A DNA stretch of 64,000 nucleotides, taken from positions 9,355 through 73,354 of the forward strand of contig DASZOZ010000135.1 in the NCBI GenBank assembly GCA_035550515.1, given 5' to 3'. Both the position numbers and the translations under genes were made by a program. The notes beneath the pieces are model-generated. The model saw nothing but the letters and a program-made list of their open reading frames with translations. It was not told the DNA's origin and did not search any database. Positions 10,729-21,075 of the stretch are shown here, piece after piece (the first letter of the stretch is position 1; every line of letters starts with the position of its first letter). This DNA is from Stellaceae bacterium. GTDB lineage: Bacteria; Pseudomonadota; Alphaproteobacteria; ATCC43930; CGMCC-115725.

Positions 10729-11529
10729 ATGTTTCTCGACACCGTCGACCAGTTCGCCAAGACCGCCGTCGCCAAAAGCGCCTATCTCAAGCGGTCGCCG
10801 GGCGGCTTCTTTATCAGCTCGATGCTGGCCGGCGCCTATGTCGGGCTCGGCATCATCCTCATTTTCAGCGTCGGTTCGAACCTCGATCCGGGGATCCGTC
10901 CGCTGGCGATGGGCGCCTCGTTCGCGATCGCGCTGACGCTGGTGATCTTCGCCGGCTCCGACCTGTTCACCGGCCACACCATGTTCATGACGCTGGGCTG
11001 GCTGCAAGGGCGGGTCGGGCTCAAGGAGCTCGGCGCCTCCTGGGCCATGACCTGGGCCGGCAACCTCGTCGGCTGCCTGATCCTGGCGGTGCTGTTCGTC
11101 ACCGGTGGCGGGGTGATCCTATCGGCGCAAAGCCACCTGCTGACCAATGTCGCGGCGGCGAAGATGAACGCCCCGGCGCTCGAACTGTTCGCTCGCGGCA
11201 TCCTGTGCAACTGGCTGGTCTGCCTGGCGATCTGGACCTCGATGCGGATGAGCGGCGACGCCGCCAAGTGCATCGCCATCTTCTGGTGCCTTTTCGCCTT
11301 CATCGCCAGCGGGTTCGAACACTCGATCGCCAATATGACGCTGTTGTCGATCGCACTGCTGGCGCCGCATCCCGATACCGTCACCTGGGCCGGGATGGGG
11401 TGGAACCTGCTGTGGGTGTCGCTCGGCAACATCGTCAGCGGCGCCGGCATCGTCGGCGTCGGCTACTGGGCGGCGTCGCGCGAGCCCGCCCCGGCCGCCG
11501 CCCCGGTGACCCTCGCCGCGGCCGAATAG
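10729..11529 (+). CDS. nirC: Formate/nitrite transporter family channel (NirC-like)
   Basis: 266 aa with six TM segments. Conserved FAGSDLFTG and GFEHSIANM motifs of the FNT family. Context next to nirA. Confidence 0.85.
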   Translation: MFLDTVDQFAKTAVAKSAYLKRSPGGFFISSMLAGAYVGLGIILIFSVGSNLDPGIRPLAMGASFAIALTLVIFAGSDLFTGHTMFMTLGWLQGRVGLKELGASWAMTWAGNLVGCLILAVLFVTGGGVILSAQSHLLTNVAAAKMNAPALELFARGILCNWLVCLAIWTSMRMSGDAAKCIAIFWCLFAFIASGFEHSIANMTLLSIALLAPHPDTVTWAGMGWNLLWVSLGNIVSGAGIVGVGYWAASREPAPAAAPVTLAAAE

Positions 11530-11636
11530 CCCCGGCGGCGGCGCGGGCCTCCCCCCGCGCCGCCGCAGCGCCACCCGGCCGCCTTGCCGTCGTCGACGCG
11601 CGTGCTATAAGGCGCAGACAAGCTGCGGAGGCGCGC

Positions 11637-12095
11637 TTGCCGATCGTCTTTATTTTGAATGGGCCGAACTTGAACCTGCTCGGCGTGCGCGAGCCGGCGA
11701 CCTACGGCTACGACACGCTGGCCGATGTCGAGCAGCGCTGCCTGGCGCGGGCCAACGCGCACGACCTGCAGATCGATTTCCGCCAGACCAATCACGAAGG
11801 CCAGCTCGTCGACTGGATCCAGGAGGCGCGGGAATCGGCGGACGGCATCATCCTCAACGCCGGGGCGCTGACCCATACCTCGGTCGCGGTGCATGACGCG
11901 CTGAAGGCGGCCGACGTCCCGATCATCGAGGTGCATCTCTCCAACATCTTCCGGCGCGAGAGCTTTCGCCATCACTCCTATGTCAGCCTGGCGGCGAATG
12001 GCGGCATCTTCGGCCTTGGGCCGCAAGGCTACGAGCTGGCGCTCGAAGCGATCGCCGCGCTGATCGAAGCCAAGACGGGCGAGGGACCGCGGTGA
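11637..12095 (+). CDS. aroQ: Type II 3-dehydroquinate dehydratase
   Basis: [24 protein letters not shown]...[15 protein letters not shown] is the AroQ signature. TTG start after GCGGAGG. Confidence 0.9.
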   Translation: MPIVFILNGPNLNLLGVREPATYGYDTLADVEQRCLARANAHDLQIDFRQTNHEGQLVDWIQEARESADGIILNAGALTHTSVAVHDALKAADVPIIEVHLSNIFRRESFRHHSYVSLAANGGIFGLGPQGYELALEAIAALIEAKTGEGPR

Positions 12096-12616
12096 GATTC
12101 GCCGGCCGCCGCGCGACGCTGGCGCCCGATCCCGACCTGATCCGCTCGCTGGCCAAGCTGCTCGACGAAACCGGGCTCACCGAGATCGAGTGCTCGGCCG
12201 GCGATCAGCGTATCCGGGTGTCGCGCCAGGCCGCGGCGGCGTCCATACCGCAGCCGGGCATACCGCAGCCGGGCATATCGCAGCCGGGCGCGCCGCCAGC
12301 CGTCGACCAGCCGGCGGCAACGCCCGCGCTGTCGCCGGCGGCCAACGGCGCCGGTCATCCGGGCGCCAACGGACACGACCACCCGGGCGTGCTGAAGGCG
12401 CCGCTGGTCGGCATCGCCTATCTCGCCGGCGAACCCGGTGCGCCTCCCTATGTCAAGATCGGCGACACCGTGGCCGAGGGGCAGACCTTGATGATCATCG
12501 AGGCGATGAAGGTGATGAACCAGATCCGCGCTCCGCGTGCCGGCCGCGTGTCGCGCGTCTATGTCGGCGACGCCGAGCCGGTCGAATACGGCACCGCGCT
12601 GATGCTGATCGAATGA
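12092..12616 (+). CDS. accB: Acetyl-CoA carboxylase biotin carboxyl carrier protein
   Basis: Biotinyl motif [11 protein letters not shown], Pro/Ala linker. GTGA overlap with aroQ, followed by accC. Confidence 0.9.
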   Translation: MRFAGRRATLAPDPDLIRSLAKLLDETGLTEIECSAGDQRIRVSRQAAAASIPQPGIPQPGISQPGAPPAVDQPAATPALSPAANGAGHPGANGHDHPGVLKAPLVGIAYLAGEPGAPPYVKIGDTVAEGQTLMIIEAMKVMNQIRAPRAGRVSRVYVGDAEPVEYGTALMLIE

Positions 12617-12675
12617 TGCACCGGCACGATCCGTCTTCAGCGCCGCGCCGGCGAGGGGCCGGGAGCGAACAGTTT

Positions 12676-12770
12676 CACCCCCACCCTGACCTCCCCCATC
12701 GAGGGGGAGGGGTTGCGCGCGAAGAGGCAAATCCCCTCCCCCTCGATGGGGGAGGGTCAGGGTGGGGGTG
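12676..12770. repeat. Nested near-perfect palindrome (family C) between accB and accC
   Basis: The left arm cacccccaccctgacctcccccatcgagggggagggg (12676..12712) is the reverse complement of the right arm (12733..12770) except for one extra g. Each arm also contains its own hairpin, cctccccc-atcg-agggggagg. Confidence 0.85.
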
Positions 12771-12785
12771 CTTTCGGCGGCGGCC

Positions 12786-14138
12786 ATGTTCGAGAAGGTG
12801 CTGATCGCCAACCGCGGTGAGATCGCGCTGCGCATCCACCGCGCCTGCCGCGACATGGGCATCAAGACCGTCGCGGTGCATTCGACCGCCGACGCCAACG
12901 CGATGCATGTGCGGCTCGCCGACGAGACGGTGTGCATCGGCCCGCCGCCGGCGCGCGGCAGCTATCTGAACATCGCGTCGATCCTCTCGGCCGCGACGAT
13001 CACCGGGGCCGACGCCATCCACCCCGGCATCGGTTTCCTGTCGGAGAACGCCGACTTCGCCGAGGTCGTGCTGGAGCACGGCTTTGCCTTTATCGGACCC
13101 AAGCCCGAGCATATCCGGGTGATGGGCGACAAGGTGCGCGCCAAGGCCGCCGCCAAGGCGCTCGGCATCCCGACGGTGCCCGGCTCGGCGGGTGCATTGC
13201 GCGACGCGGACGAGGCGGTCGGCGAGGCGCGGGCGATCGGCTATCCGGTGCTGCTCAAAGCCTCGTCGGGCGGCGGCGGGCGCGGCATGAAGCTGGCGCA
13301 TGACGATGCCGAGCTGCGCACCCTGCTGCCGCTGGCGCAGGCCGAGGCGCAGGCGGCGTTCGGCGATTCCGCGGTCTATATGGAGCGTTTTCTCGACCGC
13401 CCGCGGCATATCGAAATCCAGCTGCTGGGCGACGGGCAGGGCGCGGTCGTGCATCTCGGCGAGCGCGATTGCTCGTTGCAGCGCCATCATCAGAAAATCC
13501 TCGAGGAAACCCCCTCGCCGGCAATCGACGCGGCGGCGCGTGACCACATCACCGGCGTCGCGGTCAGCGCGCTCGAAAAGTTCGGCTACCAGAGCGCCGG
13601 GACGATCGAGTTCCTTTACCAGGACGGCGCGTTCTACTTCATCGAGATGAACACGCGGCTCCAGGTCGAGCACCCGATCAGCGAGATGATTACCGGCATC
13701 GACCTGGTGCGCGAACAGATCCGCATCGCCGCCGGCGCGCCGCTCGGCTACCGGCAAGCCGATATCCGCCCGCGCGGCCACGCCGTCGAATGCCGCATCA
13801 ACGCCGAGAACCCCGACGATTTCCGCCCGTCGCCGGGCCGGGTCAGTGAGTACCACGCGCCGGGCGGACCCGGCATTCGCATCGACAGCGCGCTTTACCA
13901 GGGCTACACGGTGCCGCCCTATTACGACAGCCTGGTCGCCAAGCTGATCGCTTTTGGCGACGACCGCGCCGAATGCCTGATGCGGCTGCGCCGGGCGCTG
14001 GAGGAATACGTGATCGGCGGCATCGAGACGACGATTCCGCTCCATCAGCGCCTGCTCGACGCCCCCGATTTCCGGCGCGGCGCCTACGATATCGGCTGGC
14101 TCGAACGCTGGCTCGGCCCCCTCGCAGCGGGCCGCTGA
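12786..14138 (+). CDS. accC: Acetyl-CoA carboxylase biotin carboxylase subunit
   Basis: [36 protein letters not shown]... is a canonical ATP-grasp AccC along its full length. Confidence 0.95.
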   Translation: MFEKVLIANRGEIALRIHRACRDMGIKTVAVHSTADANAMHVRLADETVCIGPPPARGSYLNIASILSAATITGADAIHPGIGFLSENADFAEVVLEHGFAFIGPKPEHIRVMGDKVRAKAAAKALGIPTVPGSAGALRDADEAVGEARAIGYPVLLKASSGGGGRGMKLAHDDAELRTLLPLAQAEAQAAFGDSAVYMERFLDRPRHIEIQLLGDGQGAVVHLGERDCSLQRHHQKILEETPSPAIDAAARDHITGVAVSALEKFGYQSAGTIEFLYQDGAFYFIEMNTRLQVEHPISEMITGIDLVREQIRIAAGAPLGYRQADIRPRGHAVECRINAENPDDFRPSPGRVSEYHAPGGPGIRIDSALYQGYTVPPYYDSLVAKLIAFGDDRAECLMRLRRALEEYVIGGIETTIPLHQRLLDAPDFRRGAYDIGWLERWLGPLAAGR

Positions 14139-14848
14139 TGCCGTCCCGCTTCCGCCTGACGCCTCAAATCCTGCTCAAGGCCTATATGGCCGGCATCTTT
14201 CCGATGGCCGAGTCCGCGGACGACCCCGAATTGTTCTGGGTCGACCCCGAGCGGCGTGGCATCCTGCCGTTGGACGGGTTTCACCTGCCGCGGCGGCTGC
14301 GCCGCGTGGTGCGGCAAGCCAGGTTCGACCTCCATGTCGACCGCGATTTCGCCGCCACGATCGCCGGGTGTGCCGAAGCCACCGAGAAGCGCCCCAATAC
14401 CTGGATCAACCGCGAAATCGTGCGGCTCTACACCGCGCTGCATGCGCAGGGCTTCGCGCACAGCGTCGAATGCCGGCAGAGCGGCGCGCTGGTCGGCGGG
14501 CTGTACGGCGTCGCGATCGGCGGCGCGTTCTTTGGCGAGAGCATGTTCAGCCGCGCCACCGACGCCAGCAAGGTGGCGCTGGTGCATCTCGTCGCGCTGC
14601 TGCGCGAAGGCGGCTACCGGCTGCTCGACATGCAGTTCGTCACGCCGCATCTGCTGCAATTCGGCGCGGTCGAGGTGCCGCGCGCGCAATACCGCCGGCT
14701 GCTCGCCGACGCGCTGCGCTATCGCTGCGTCTTTCCGCGCGGGCTTGGCGGCCCCGGCGGTGGTGAGGGCGGCGGTGGTGAGGGCGGCGCCGGGGCTGGC
14801 GGGGACGGCGTGCCGGCCGCCTTGCAGGCCAGCAAGGTCACGTCGTAG
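14138..14848 (+). CDS. aat: Leucyl/phenylalanyl-tRNA--protein transferase
   Basis: [15 protein letters not shown]...[23 protein letters not shown]...[14 protein letters not shown]...GESMFS matches the Aat family. The Gly-rich C-terminal tail overlaps the convergent gene. Confidence 0.85.
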   Translation: MPSRFRLTPQILLKAYMAGIFPMAESADDPELFWVDPERRGILPLDGFHLPRRLRRVVRQARFDLHVDRDFAATIAGCAEATEKRPNTWINREIVRLYTALHAQGFAHSVECRQSGALVGGLYGVAIGGAFFGESMFSRATDASKVALVHLVALLREGGYRLLDMQFVTPHLLQFGAVEVPRAQYRRLLADALRYRCVFPRGLGGPGGGEGGGGEGGAGAGGDGVPAALQASKVTS

Positions 14849-15177
14849 ACCGGGTGCTGGAGCTGCGAGATCGCCGGGCTCGACGAAAACATCCAGCCGC
14901 TGAACAGCCGCTTGGTGTCCTCGCCCGGCGGGGTCTCGTAAATCTGGATAAAGGCGGCGTTTTCCGGCGTGTCTTCCGGCGCGCTCTGCTCGCAGTCGCG
15001 CACGGTGATCAGCAGGGTGCCGAAATGGATCGAGGCGCCGACCGGCGCCTCGATCGTCGAGATCCGCGCCGAAATCTTGTCGAGCCCTTGCAGGACCGCA
15101 ATCGGCTGCGGCGTCATCTTGGCCGACGCGGCGCCGGACACCATGAGCGCCAGCGCCACGGTGACAGGCAGCCTCAT
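14719..15177 (-). CDS. DUF2155-domain secreted protein
   Basis: Signal peptide [19 protein letters not shown], then [20 protein letters not shown]...[11 protein letters not shown]. It sits in the alphaproteobacterial aat / DUF2155 / NDUFA12-like neighbourhood as I recall it. The Pro-rich tail overlaps aat. Confidence 0.7.
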   Translation of the reverse strand: MRLPVTVALALMVSGAASAKMTPQPIAVLQGLDKISARISTIEAPVGASIHFGTLLITVRDCEQSAPEDTPENAAFIQIYETPPGEDTKRLFSGWMFSSSPAISQLQHPVYDVTLLACKAAGTPSPPAPAPPSPPPPSPPPGPPSPRGKTQR

Positions 15178-15398
15178 CGACGGTAGGGGTTCACGAGACC
15201 GGCGATGATGCCGCCGAGGACGGCGCGCAGCTGCGCCTCGTCGCAGCCCATCAGCACGCCGTCCTCCAGCGCGTCCTGCGCCAGTTCGCGCAGCTCGGCC
15301 AGGTTCTCGTTCAGCACCTTGATCTTTTCGACGCAGGACACCGGTTCGCCCTCCGGCGTCAGCCAGACGGGAAACGCGTCGGTCTTTGTCGCGGCCAT
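15174..15398 (-). CDS. Small conserved hypothetical protein (74 aa)
   Basis: ORF with an ATGA overlap onto the DUF2155 gene start, so it looks translationally coupled. No family recognised. Confidence 0.5.
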   Translation of the reverse strand: MAATKTDAFPVWLTPEGEPVSCVEKIKVLNENLAELRELAQDALEDGVLMGCDEAQLRAVLGGIIAGLVNPYRR

Positions 15399-15416
15399 GC
15401 TCCGCCCTGCCTTACC

Positions 15417-15938
15417 CTACTGTTTCGGCGCGGCGGCCGGCGCGGCGCCCGTGGGCGATGGATTTGGGGTGCCGCCCTCGCCTTCGCCAGGTTTCTTCGC
15501 CGGCGGCGAGAACATCATCTGCCCGATCAGATGCTCCAGGCTGACCGAGGATTGGGTGTATTTGATCTTGCCGCCCGGCGGCAGGTCCTTGTCGGACCCG
15601 CCCGGCACCAGCGACATGTATTTGTCGCCGAGCAGCCCCGACGAGACGATCTCCGCCACGGTATCGTCCGGAAGCTTGACCGAGCGCTCGACGCTCATCC
15701 GCACCGTCGCGAGAAAGCTCTTCGAGTCGAGCGACGTGGCGACCACCGAGCCCACCTTGATGCCGCTGATGCGCACGTCGCTGCCGTCGCGGATCCCGTC
15801 GATATGCTCGAAATCGGCGGTGAGCTGATAACCCGGCACCGAGCGCAGCTGGCTGGTGCTGTAGGCGAAAAACAGAAACAGCGCGGCGACGACGAGCACG
15901 ACCGCGCCCATCACGGTTTCGATGACGTTGCCCCTCAT
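15417..15938 (-). CDS. mlaD: MlaD-like outer-membrane lipid asymmetry protein (MCE domain)
   Basis: N-terminal TM anchor MRGNVIETVMGAVVLVVAALFLFF, then an MCE-type domain (YQLTADFEHIDGIRDGSDVRISGIKVGSV). Confidence 0.75.
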   Translation of the reverse strand: MRGNVIETVMGAVVLVVAALFLFFAYSTSQLRSVPGYQLTADFEHIDGIRDGSDVRISGIKVGSVVATSLDSKSFLATVRMSVERSVKLPDDTVAEIVSSGLLGDKYMSLVPGGSDKDLPPGGKIKYTQSSVSLEHLIGQMMFSPPAKKPGEGEGGTPNPSPTGAAPAAAPKQ

Positions 15939-15953
15939 GGCGCCTCTCGCCGG

Positions 15954-16328
15954 CTATTCCGGGGTCCACGGCTCGTAATCGCCGGTCGCCGGCGCGCGGT
16001 GGCTGCCGCGCAGCACCGAGCCGCGCGGATGGTAGGCGTAGGGCGTGCCGGTCATGTTCGGCTGATGGTCCTTTTCCCAGGCATACCGCCGCCGCTCGCC
16101 GGGCACCTCGTTCACCGTGTGATGCAGCCAGGCATGCCACTCCGGCGGCACCTTCGAGCCCTCCGGCTCGCCGTTATAGATCACCCAGCGCCGCTCCCGG
16201 CTGAACCGCCCGCCGCCGCGGCCCGACGGATGGTCGCGCTTGAGGCGGTAATACCTGTTGCCGTAGCGGTCGGTGCCTACCAACTCGCCGCGCAGCCAGG
16301 TCAAGAGTCGCGTGCCGATCGTCGTCAT
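15954..16328 (-). CDS. NADH:ubiquinone oxidoreductase subunit NDUFA12-like protein
   Basis: GTDRYGNRYYR...RRWVIYNGE...VPPEWHAWLHHT is the NDUFA12 family signature. Confidence 0.8.
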   Translation of the reverse strand: MTTIGTRLLTWLRGELVGTDRYGNRYYRLKRDHPSGRGGGRFSRERRWVIYNGEPEGSKVPPEWHAWLHHTVNEVPGERRRYAWEKDHQPNMTGTPYAYHPRGSVLRGSHRAPATGDYEPWTPE

Positions 16329-16468
16329 TCTTCGGTTCCGTTAGCGCGCGCGGACTATCGCACCGGCGCCACGCCGCGGTAAAGGGCCGCCGATATCGTC
16401 CCTGGGTCGCCCCCCGCCATCGCAAGGGTTGCGCGGTCGGAACGCGAGTCGCCAGCGCCGTCAAGCGC

Positions 16469-16510
16469 TTTCTATATATTGTGTCTCGGACGTTACAATA
16501 CATAGATGTT
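16469..16510 (+). promoter_or_regulatory. Putative NrdR operator boxes upstream of nrdJ
   Basis: TTTCTATATATTGTGT (16469..16484) matches 13 of 16 positions of the NrdR-box consensus acaCwAtATaTwGtgt. A weaker second box, ACAATACATAGATGTT, lies at 16495..16510. This is the only AT-rich stretch in the leader. Confidence 0.4.
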
Positions 16511-16613
16511 GATCGACCGCCGGGCCGGGCACATAATCCTGTGGCTGAACGAATGAGGGATACCGGATCTAGGCGGACAACGCCGACCGGGCACCCACAA
16601 AACGGGGGATGTT

Positions 16614-19600
16614 ATGCATATCGCGCGTCGCTTTACCACTGCCGGCCGGGACCCGTACGAAAGCATCGCCTTCCGTACCGCGACGAGCGAGATTCGCAAC
16701 CCCGACGGCTCGGTGGTTTTCGCCGCCGAGGGAGTCGAGGTGCCGGCGGCGTGGAGCCAGGTGGCGTGCGACATCCTCGCGCAGAAATACCTGCGCAAGG
16801 CCGGCGTCCCGACCATCCTCGCGCCGGTCGAGGAGGAGGGCATACCGCGCTGGCTGTGGCGGCGCACCGCCGACGCCGACAAGCTCGCGCTCGTCCCCAA
16901 GGACGAGCGCACCAGCGGCGAGACCAGCGCCAAGCAGTGCTTTGACCGCCTCGCCGGGACCTGGACCTATTGGGGCTGGAAGGGCGGCTATTTCGATGCC
17001 GAGGAGGACGCGCGCAGTTATTTCGACGAGCTGCGCTACATGCTGGCGACGCAGATGGGGGCGCCGAACTCGCCGCAATGGTTCAACACCGGGCTGCATT
17101 GGGCCTACGGCATCGACGGCCCGGCGCAGGGCCATTTCTACGCCGACTGGAAGACCGGCAAGATCAAGGCGTCGGAAAGCGCCTACGAGCACCCGCAGCC
17201 GCATGCCTGCTTTATCCAATCGGTCGCCGACGATCTCGTCAACGAGGGCGGGATCATGGATTTGTGGGTGCGCGAGGCGCGGCTGTTCAAATACGGCTCC
17301 GGCACCGGCTCCAATTTCTCGCGGCTGCGCGGCGACGGCGAGCGGCTGTCCGGCGGCGGCCGCTCCTCCGGGCTGATGAGCTTCCTCAAGATCGGCGACC
17401 GCGCCGCCGGCGCGATCAAGTCCGGCGGCACGACGCGGCGCGCCGCCAAGATGGTCATCGTCGACACCGACCACCCCGACATCGAAGACTTTATCGACTG
17501 GAAGGTCATCGAGGAGCAGAAGGTCGCGGCGCTGGTCGCCGGCTCCAAGCTCTGCGCCAAGCACCTCAACCTGATCATGGCAGCGTGCCGCGCACCCGGC
17601 GTCGAGGACCCGTTCGATCCGGCCAGGAACCCGGGGCTGAAGCGCGAAATCCGCGCCGCGCGGGCCGTGCTGATCCCGGAAAACTATGTGCAGCGGACCA
17701 TCCAGTTCGCCCGCCAGGGCTACGCGACGATCGATTTCCGGACCTACGACACCGACTGGGATTCCGAGGCCTATCTGACCGTCGCGGGGCAGAACTCGAA
17801 CAACACCGTCCGCATCACCAACGACTTCCTCGCCGCGGTCGAGAACGGCGCCGACTGGCACCTGACCCGGCGCACCGACGGCAAGGTGGCGAAAACCGTG
17901 CCGGCCCGCGCGCTGTGGGACCGCATCGCCTATGCCGCCTGGGCCTCGGCCGATCCCGGCGTGCAGTTCGACACCACGATCAACGACTGGCACACCTGCC
18001 CCGAGAGCGGCCGGATCAACGCCTCGAACCCGTGCTCCGAGTACATGTTCCTCGACGACACGGCGTGCAACCTCGCCTCGCTCAACCTGATGGCCTATCG
18101 CGGCGAGGACGGGTTCAAGGTCGGCGATTTCCGCCACGCGACGCGGTTGTGGACCATCGTGCTCGAAATCAGCGTGATGATGGCGCAGTTTCCGTCGCGC
18201 GAGATCGCCCGGCTCAGCTACGCCTATCGCACGCTCGGCCTCGGCTACGCCAATCTCGGCGGCCTGCTGATGTCGATGGGCATTCCGTACGACAGCGACG
18301 CCGGGCGGAGCCTGGCGGCGGCCATCACCGCGCTGCTGACCGGCACGACTTACGCGACCTCGGCCGAAATGGCGGCCGAATTGGGTCCCTTCTCCGGCTA
18401 CGCCAAGAACCGCGAGCCGATGCTGCGGGTGATCCGCAACCATCGTCGCGCCGCGCATGGCGACCGCACCGGCTACGAGGCCCTGGCGGTAGCTCCGGTG
18501 CCGCTCGACGCGGCAAGCTGCCCGGACAAGGCGCTGGCCGAGGCCGCCACCGCCTCCTGGGACGCCGCGCTGGCGCTCGGCGACAAGCACGGTTTCCGCA
18601 ACGCGCAGACCACCGTGATCGCGCCGACCGGCACGATCGGCCTGGTGATGGATTGCGACACCACAGGCATCGAACCCGATTTCGCCCTGGTCAAGTTCAA
18701 GAAGCTGGCCGGCGGCGGCTATTTCAAGATCATCAACCGCATGGCGCCCGACGCGCTGCGCACGCTCGGCTATGACGATCAGGCGATCGCCGATATCGAG
18801 CGCTACGCCCTCGGTCACGGTACGCTGAAAGGCGCGCCGGCGATCAACCACCGGACCCTTGTCGAAAAGGGGTTTGACGAGGCTTCCCTGAGCGCGATCG
18901 AGGGCGCCTTGGCCTCGGCCTTCGATATCAAGTTCGCGTTCAACAAATGGACGCTGGGCGAAACCTTCTGCACCGAGACGCTCGGCATCGCCCCCGCCGC
19001 CCTCGCCGACCCGAGCTTCGACCTGCTGGCGGCGATCGGATTCACCCGCAGCGATATCGATAACGCCAACACGTATTGTTGCGGTGCAATGACTTTGGAG
19101 GGCGCTCCTCATCTAAAGCCTGAGCACCTGCCGGTGTTCGACTGCGCCAACCCGTGCGGCCGGCTCGGCAAGCGCTGCTTGTCGGTCGATAGCCATATCC
19201 GCATGATGGCGGCGGCGCAGCCCTTTATCACCGGCGCGATCTCGAAGACGATCAACATGCCGAACGTCGCGACGGTCGGAGACTGCAAAGCTGCCTACAA
19301 GCTGTCCTGGGAACTCGGCCTCAAGGCCACGGCGCTCTATCGCGACGGCTCGAAACTGTCGCAGCCGCTCGCCTCCAACCTGTTCGGTGACGATGACGCG
19401 GAGGACAAGGCGGCCGAGCTGTTGGCGCAATCGCCGGCCGACCGGGTGCCGGTGGTCGCCGAACGTATCGTCGAGCGGGTCATCGAGCGTTTCGTGTCGC
19501 GCGCCGAGCGCCGCCGTCTGTCCAACCGGCGCAAGGGCTATACGCAAAAAGCCGTCGTCGGCGGCCACAAGGTCTATCTGCGTACCGGCGAATACGAGGA

Positions 19601-20309
19601 CGGCAAGCTGGCGGAGGTCTTTATCGACATGCACAAGGAAGGCTCGGCCTTCCGCTCGCTGATGAACAACTTCGCCATCGCGATCTCGCTCGGGCTGCAA
19701 TACGGCGTGCCGCTCGAGGAGTTTGTCGAGGCCTTCACCTTCACCCGGTTCGAGCCGTCGGGGATCGTCGAGGGCAACGACACGATCAAGATGGCAACCT
19801 CGATCCTCGACTATATCTTCCGCGAGCTGGCGATCTCCTATCTCGACCGCAACGACCTCGCGCATGTCGAGCCGGCCGACCTGATGCCCGACACGATCGG
19901 CAAGGGCGTCATCGCCGAATCCTCCAACCTGCGCGAGATCGACGACCCGGCGGCGGCCGCGGTCGGCGCCGAGATGGCAGCGATCGTCCAGAAAGTCGCC
20001 TCGCAAGGCTATGTCCGCAACAAGCTGACCGTGTTGCACGGCGGCAAGCGCAACGCCGCGGCAACCGCGCGCGCCGGCGCCGCGGATGCCGAGATGCCGC
20101 TCTTCGCGTCGGGCGCGCTCGCGGTGGCGACCACCGAGACGATCGAGATCGCGGCGCTCGCCGCCGACCCCCGCCTCGAACAGATCCGCGAGGCGCGCAT
20201 GAAAGGCTACGAGGGCGACAGCTGCGGCGAATGCGGCAATTTCACCCTGGTGCGCAACGGCACCTGCCTCAAATGCGAGACCTGCGGCTCGACCAGCGGA
20301 TGCAGCTGA
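16614..20309 (+). CDS. nrdJ: Vitamin B12-dependent (class II) ribonucleotide reductase
   Basis: 1231 aa. The N-terminus [21 protein letters not shown]...AQKYLRKAG and the catalytic-region motif [22 protein letters not shown] are present. C-terminal Cys-rich tail [22 protein letters not shown]. Confidence 0.95.
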   Translation: MHIARRFTTAGRDPYESIAFRTATSEIRNPDGSVVFAAEGVEVPAAWSQVACDILAQKYLRKAGVPTILAPVEEEGIPRWLWRRTADADKLALVPKDERTSGETSAKQCFDRLAGTWTYWGWKGGYFDAEEDARSYFDELRYMLATQMGAPNSPQWFNTGLHWAYGIDGPAQGHFYADWKTGKIKASESAYEHPQPHACFIQSVADDLVNEGGIMDLWVREARLFKYGSGTGSNFSRLRGDGERLSGGGRSSGLMSFLKIGDRAAGAIKSGGTTRRAAKMVIVDTDHPDIEDFIDWKVIEEQKVAALVAGSKLCAKHLNLIMAACRAPGVEDPFDPARNPGLKREIRAARAVLIPENYVQRTIQFARQGYATIDFRTYDTDWDSEAYLTVAGQNSNNTVRITNDFLAAVENGADWHLTRRTDGKVAKTVPARALWDRIAYAAWASADPGVQFDTTINDWHTCPESGRINASNPCSEYMFLDDTACNLASLNLMAYRGEDGFKVGDFRHATRLWTIVLEISVMMAQFPSREIARLSYAYRTLGLGYANLGGLLMSMGIPYDSDAGRSLAAAITALLTGTTYATSAEMAAELGPFSGYAKNREPMLRVIRNHRRAAHGDRTGYEALAVAPVPLDAASCPDKALAEAATASWDAALALGDKHGFRNAQTTVIAPTGTIGLVMDCDTTGIEPDFALVKFKKLAGGGYFKIINRMAPDALRTLGYDDQAIADIERYALGHGTLKGAPAINHRTLVEKGFDEASLSAIEGALASAFDIKFAFNKWTLGETFCTETLGIAPAALADPSFDLLAAIGFTRSDIDNANTYCCGAMTLEGAPHLKPEHLPVFDCANPCGRLGKRCLSVDSHIRMMAAAQPFITGAISKTINMPNVATVGDCKAAYKLSWELGLKATALYRDGSKLSQPLASNLFGDDDAEDKAAELLAQSPADRVPVVAERIVERVIERFVSRAERRRLSNRRKGYTQKAVVGGHKVYLRTGEYEDGKLAEVFIDMHKEGSAFRSLMNNFAIAISLGLQYGVPLEEFVEAFTFTRFEPSGIVEGNDTIKMATSILDYIFRELAISYLDRNDLAHVEPADLMPDTIGKGVIAESSNLREIDDPAAAAVGAEMAAIVQKVASQGYVRNKLTVLHGGKRNAAATARAGAADAEMPLFASGALAVATTETIEIAALAADPRLEQIREARMKGYEGDSCGECGNFTLVRNGTCLKCETCGSTSGCS

Positions 20310-20379
20310 CCTATAGGCCCCTTGTTCTTGGGTGTTCATGGCGATATCAATATCCCTATCGCTATGAAGGGGTGCTGCC

Positions 20380-20649
20380 ATGGCGACGCAGCAGCTTCTG
20401 TTGCATCTGCCGGCCGAGCTGGTCCGCCGCTTGAAGCGCGCGGTGCCGGCGCGGAGCCGCAGCAAGTTCATCCAGGATTTGTTGGAGCAGGCGCTGCCGC
20501 CGGACGGTGTCGCCGAGGCCGACCCGCTCTACCTCGCGGCGCTCGCTGTCGAACAGGATGCGGCCTTGGCCGCCGAGATGGCGAGCTGGGAGCCGGCGAC
20601 GCTGGGCGACGGCGTCGCAGCCCCGCGCGACGACGCGGAGACGGAATGA
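20380..20649 (+). CDS. RHH/CopG-like antitoxin (MazE-type partner)
   Basis: LLLHLPAELVRRLKRAVPARSRSKFIQDLLEQAL is an RHH pattern. ATGA overlap with the downstream PemK/MazF toxin. Confidence 0.6.
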   Translation: MATQQLLLHLPAELVRRLKRAVPARSRSKFIQDLLEQALPPDGVAEADPLYLAALAVEQDAALAAEMASWEPATLGDGVAAPRDDAETE

Positions 20650-20996
20650 TGGCCGCCACCCCGAGCGGCGAGCCCGTGCGCCGCGGCGACATCTGGTGGG
20701 TCGATTTCGACGTCGTCGCCAGCGCCGAGATGCGGGCGATGCGGCCGGCGGTCGTCGTCACCGCGGATGCGCTGAACCGGGCGCGCCGCACGGTCATGGT
20801 GGTGCCGCTGGCGACCGGACCGCAGCCGCGCCCGCCGATCGTCGTCGCGACGCCGTCGGCGGGAGACGGCCGTGTCGCGGTGTGCGACCAGGCGCGCGCG
20901 GTCGACAAGGCGCGCCTCACCCGCACCGCGGGCCAGCTCTCCTCCGACGACCTGAAGGCGGTCGAAGACGGCTTGCGGCGGGTGCTGGAGCTGTAG
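20646..20996 (+). CDS. mazF: PemK/MazF-family endoribonuclease toxin
   Basis: RRGDIWWVDFD....MRPAVVVTADALN...VMVVPLAT...VAVCDQARAVDKARL is the typical MazF/PemK pattern. Confidence 0.75.
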   Translation: MMAATPSGEPVRRGDIWWVDFDVVASAEMRAMRPAVVVTADALNRARRTVMVVPLATGPQPRPPIVVATPSAGDGRVAVCDQARAVDKARLTRTAGQLSSDDLKAVEDGLRRVLEL

Positions 20997-21075
20997 GTCG
21001 GGCAAAGGACGCACTAGCCGTCATCCGGTGTAGGCACTAGGTTAGGGGCCAATGACGGTTTGCGCGGAGGGTGCG

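Noticed and set aside
12029-12937. 302-aa minus-strand ORF across accB/accC
   Set aside because: It is antisense to accB and accC and runs through the palindromic repeat. No domain is recognisable.
16330-16613. Cobalamin riboswitch upstream of the B12-dependent nrdJ
   Set aside because: I could not find a B12-box-like conserved core or the expected multi-stem GC-rich architecture. B12 riboswitches normally control B12-independent isozymes or transport, not nrdJ.
16569-19112. 847-aa ORF on the minus strand
   Set aside because: It lies entirely antisense to nrdJ, which has unmistakable class II RNR motifs. The translation is an Arg/Ala/Gly-rich low-complexity shadow typical of high-GC antisense frames.
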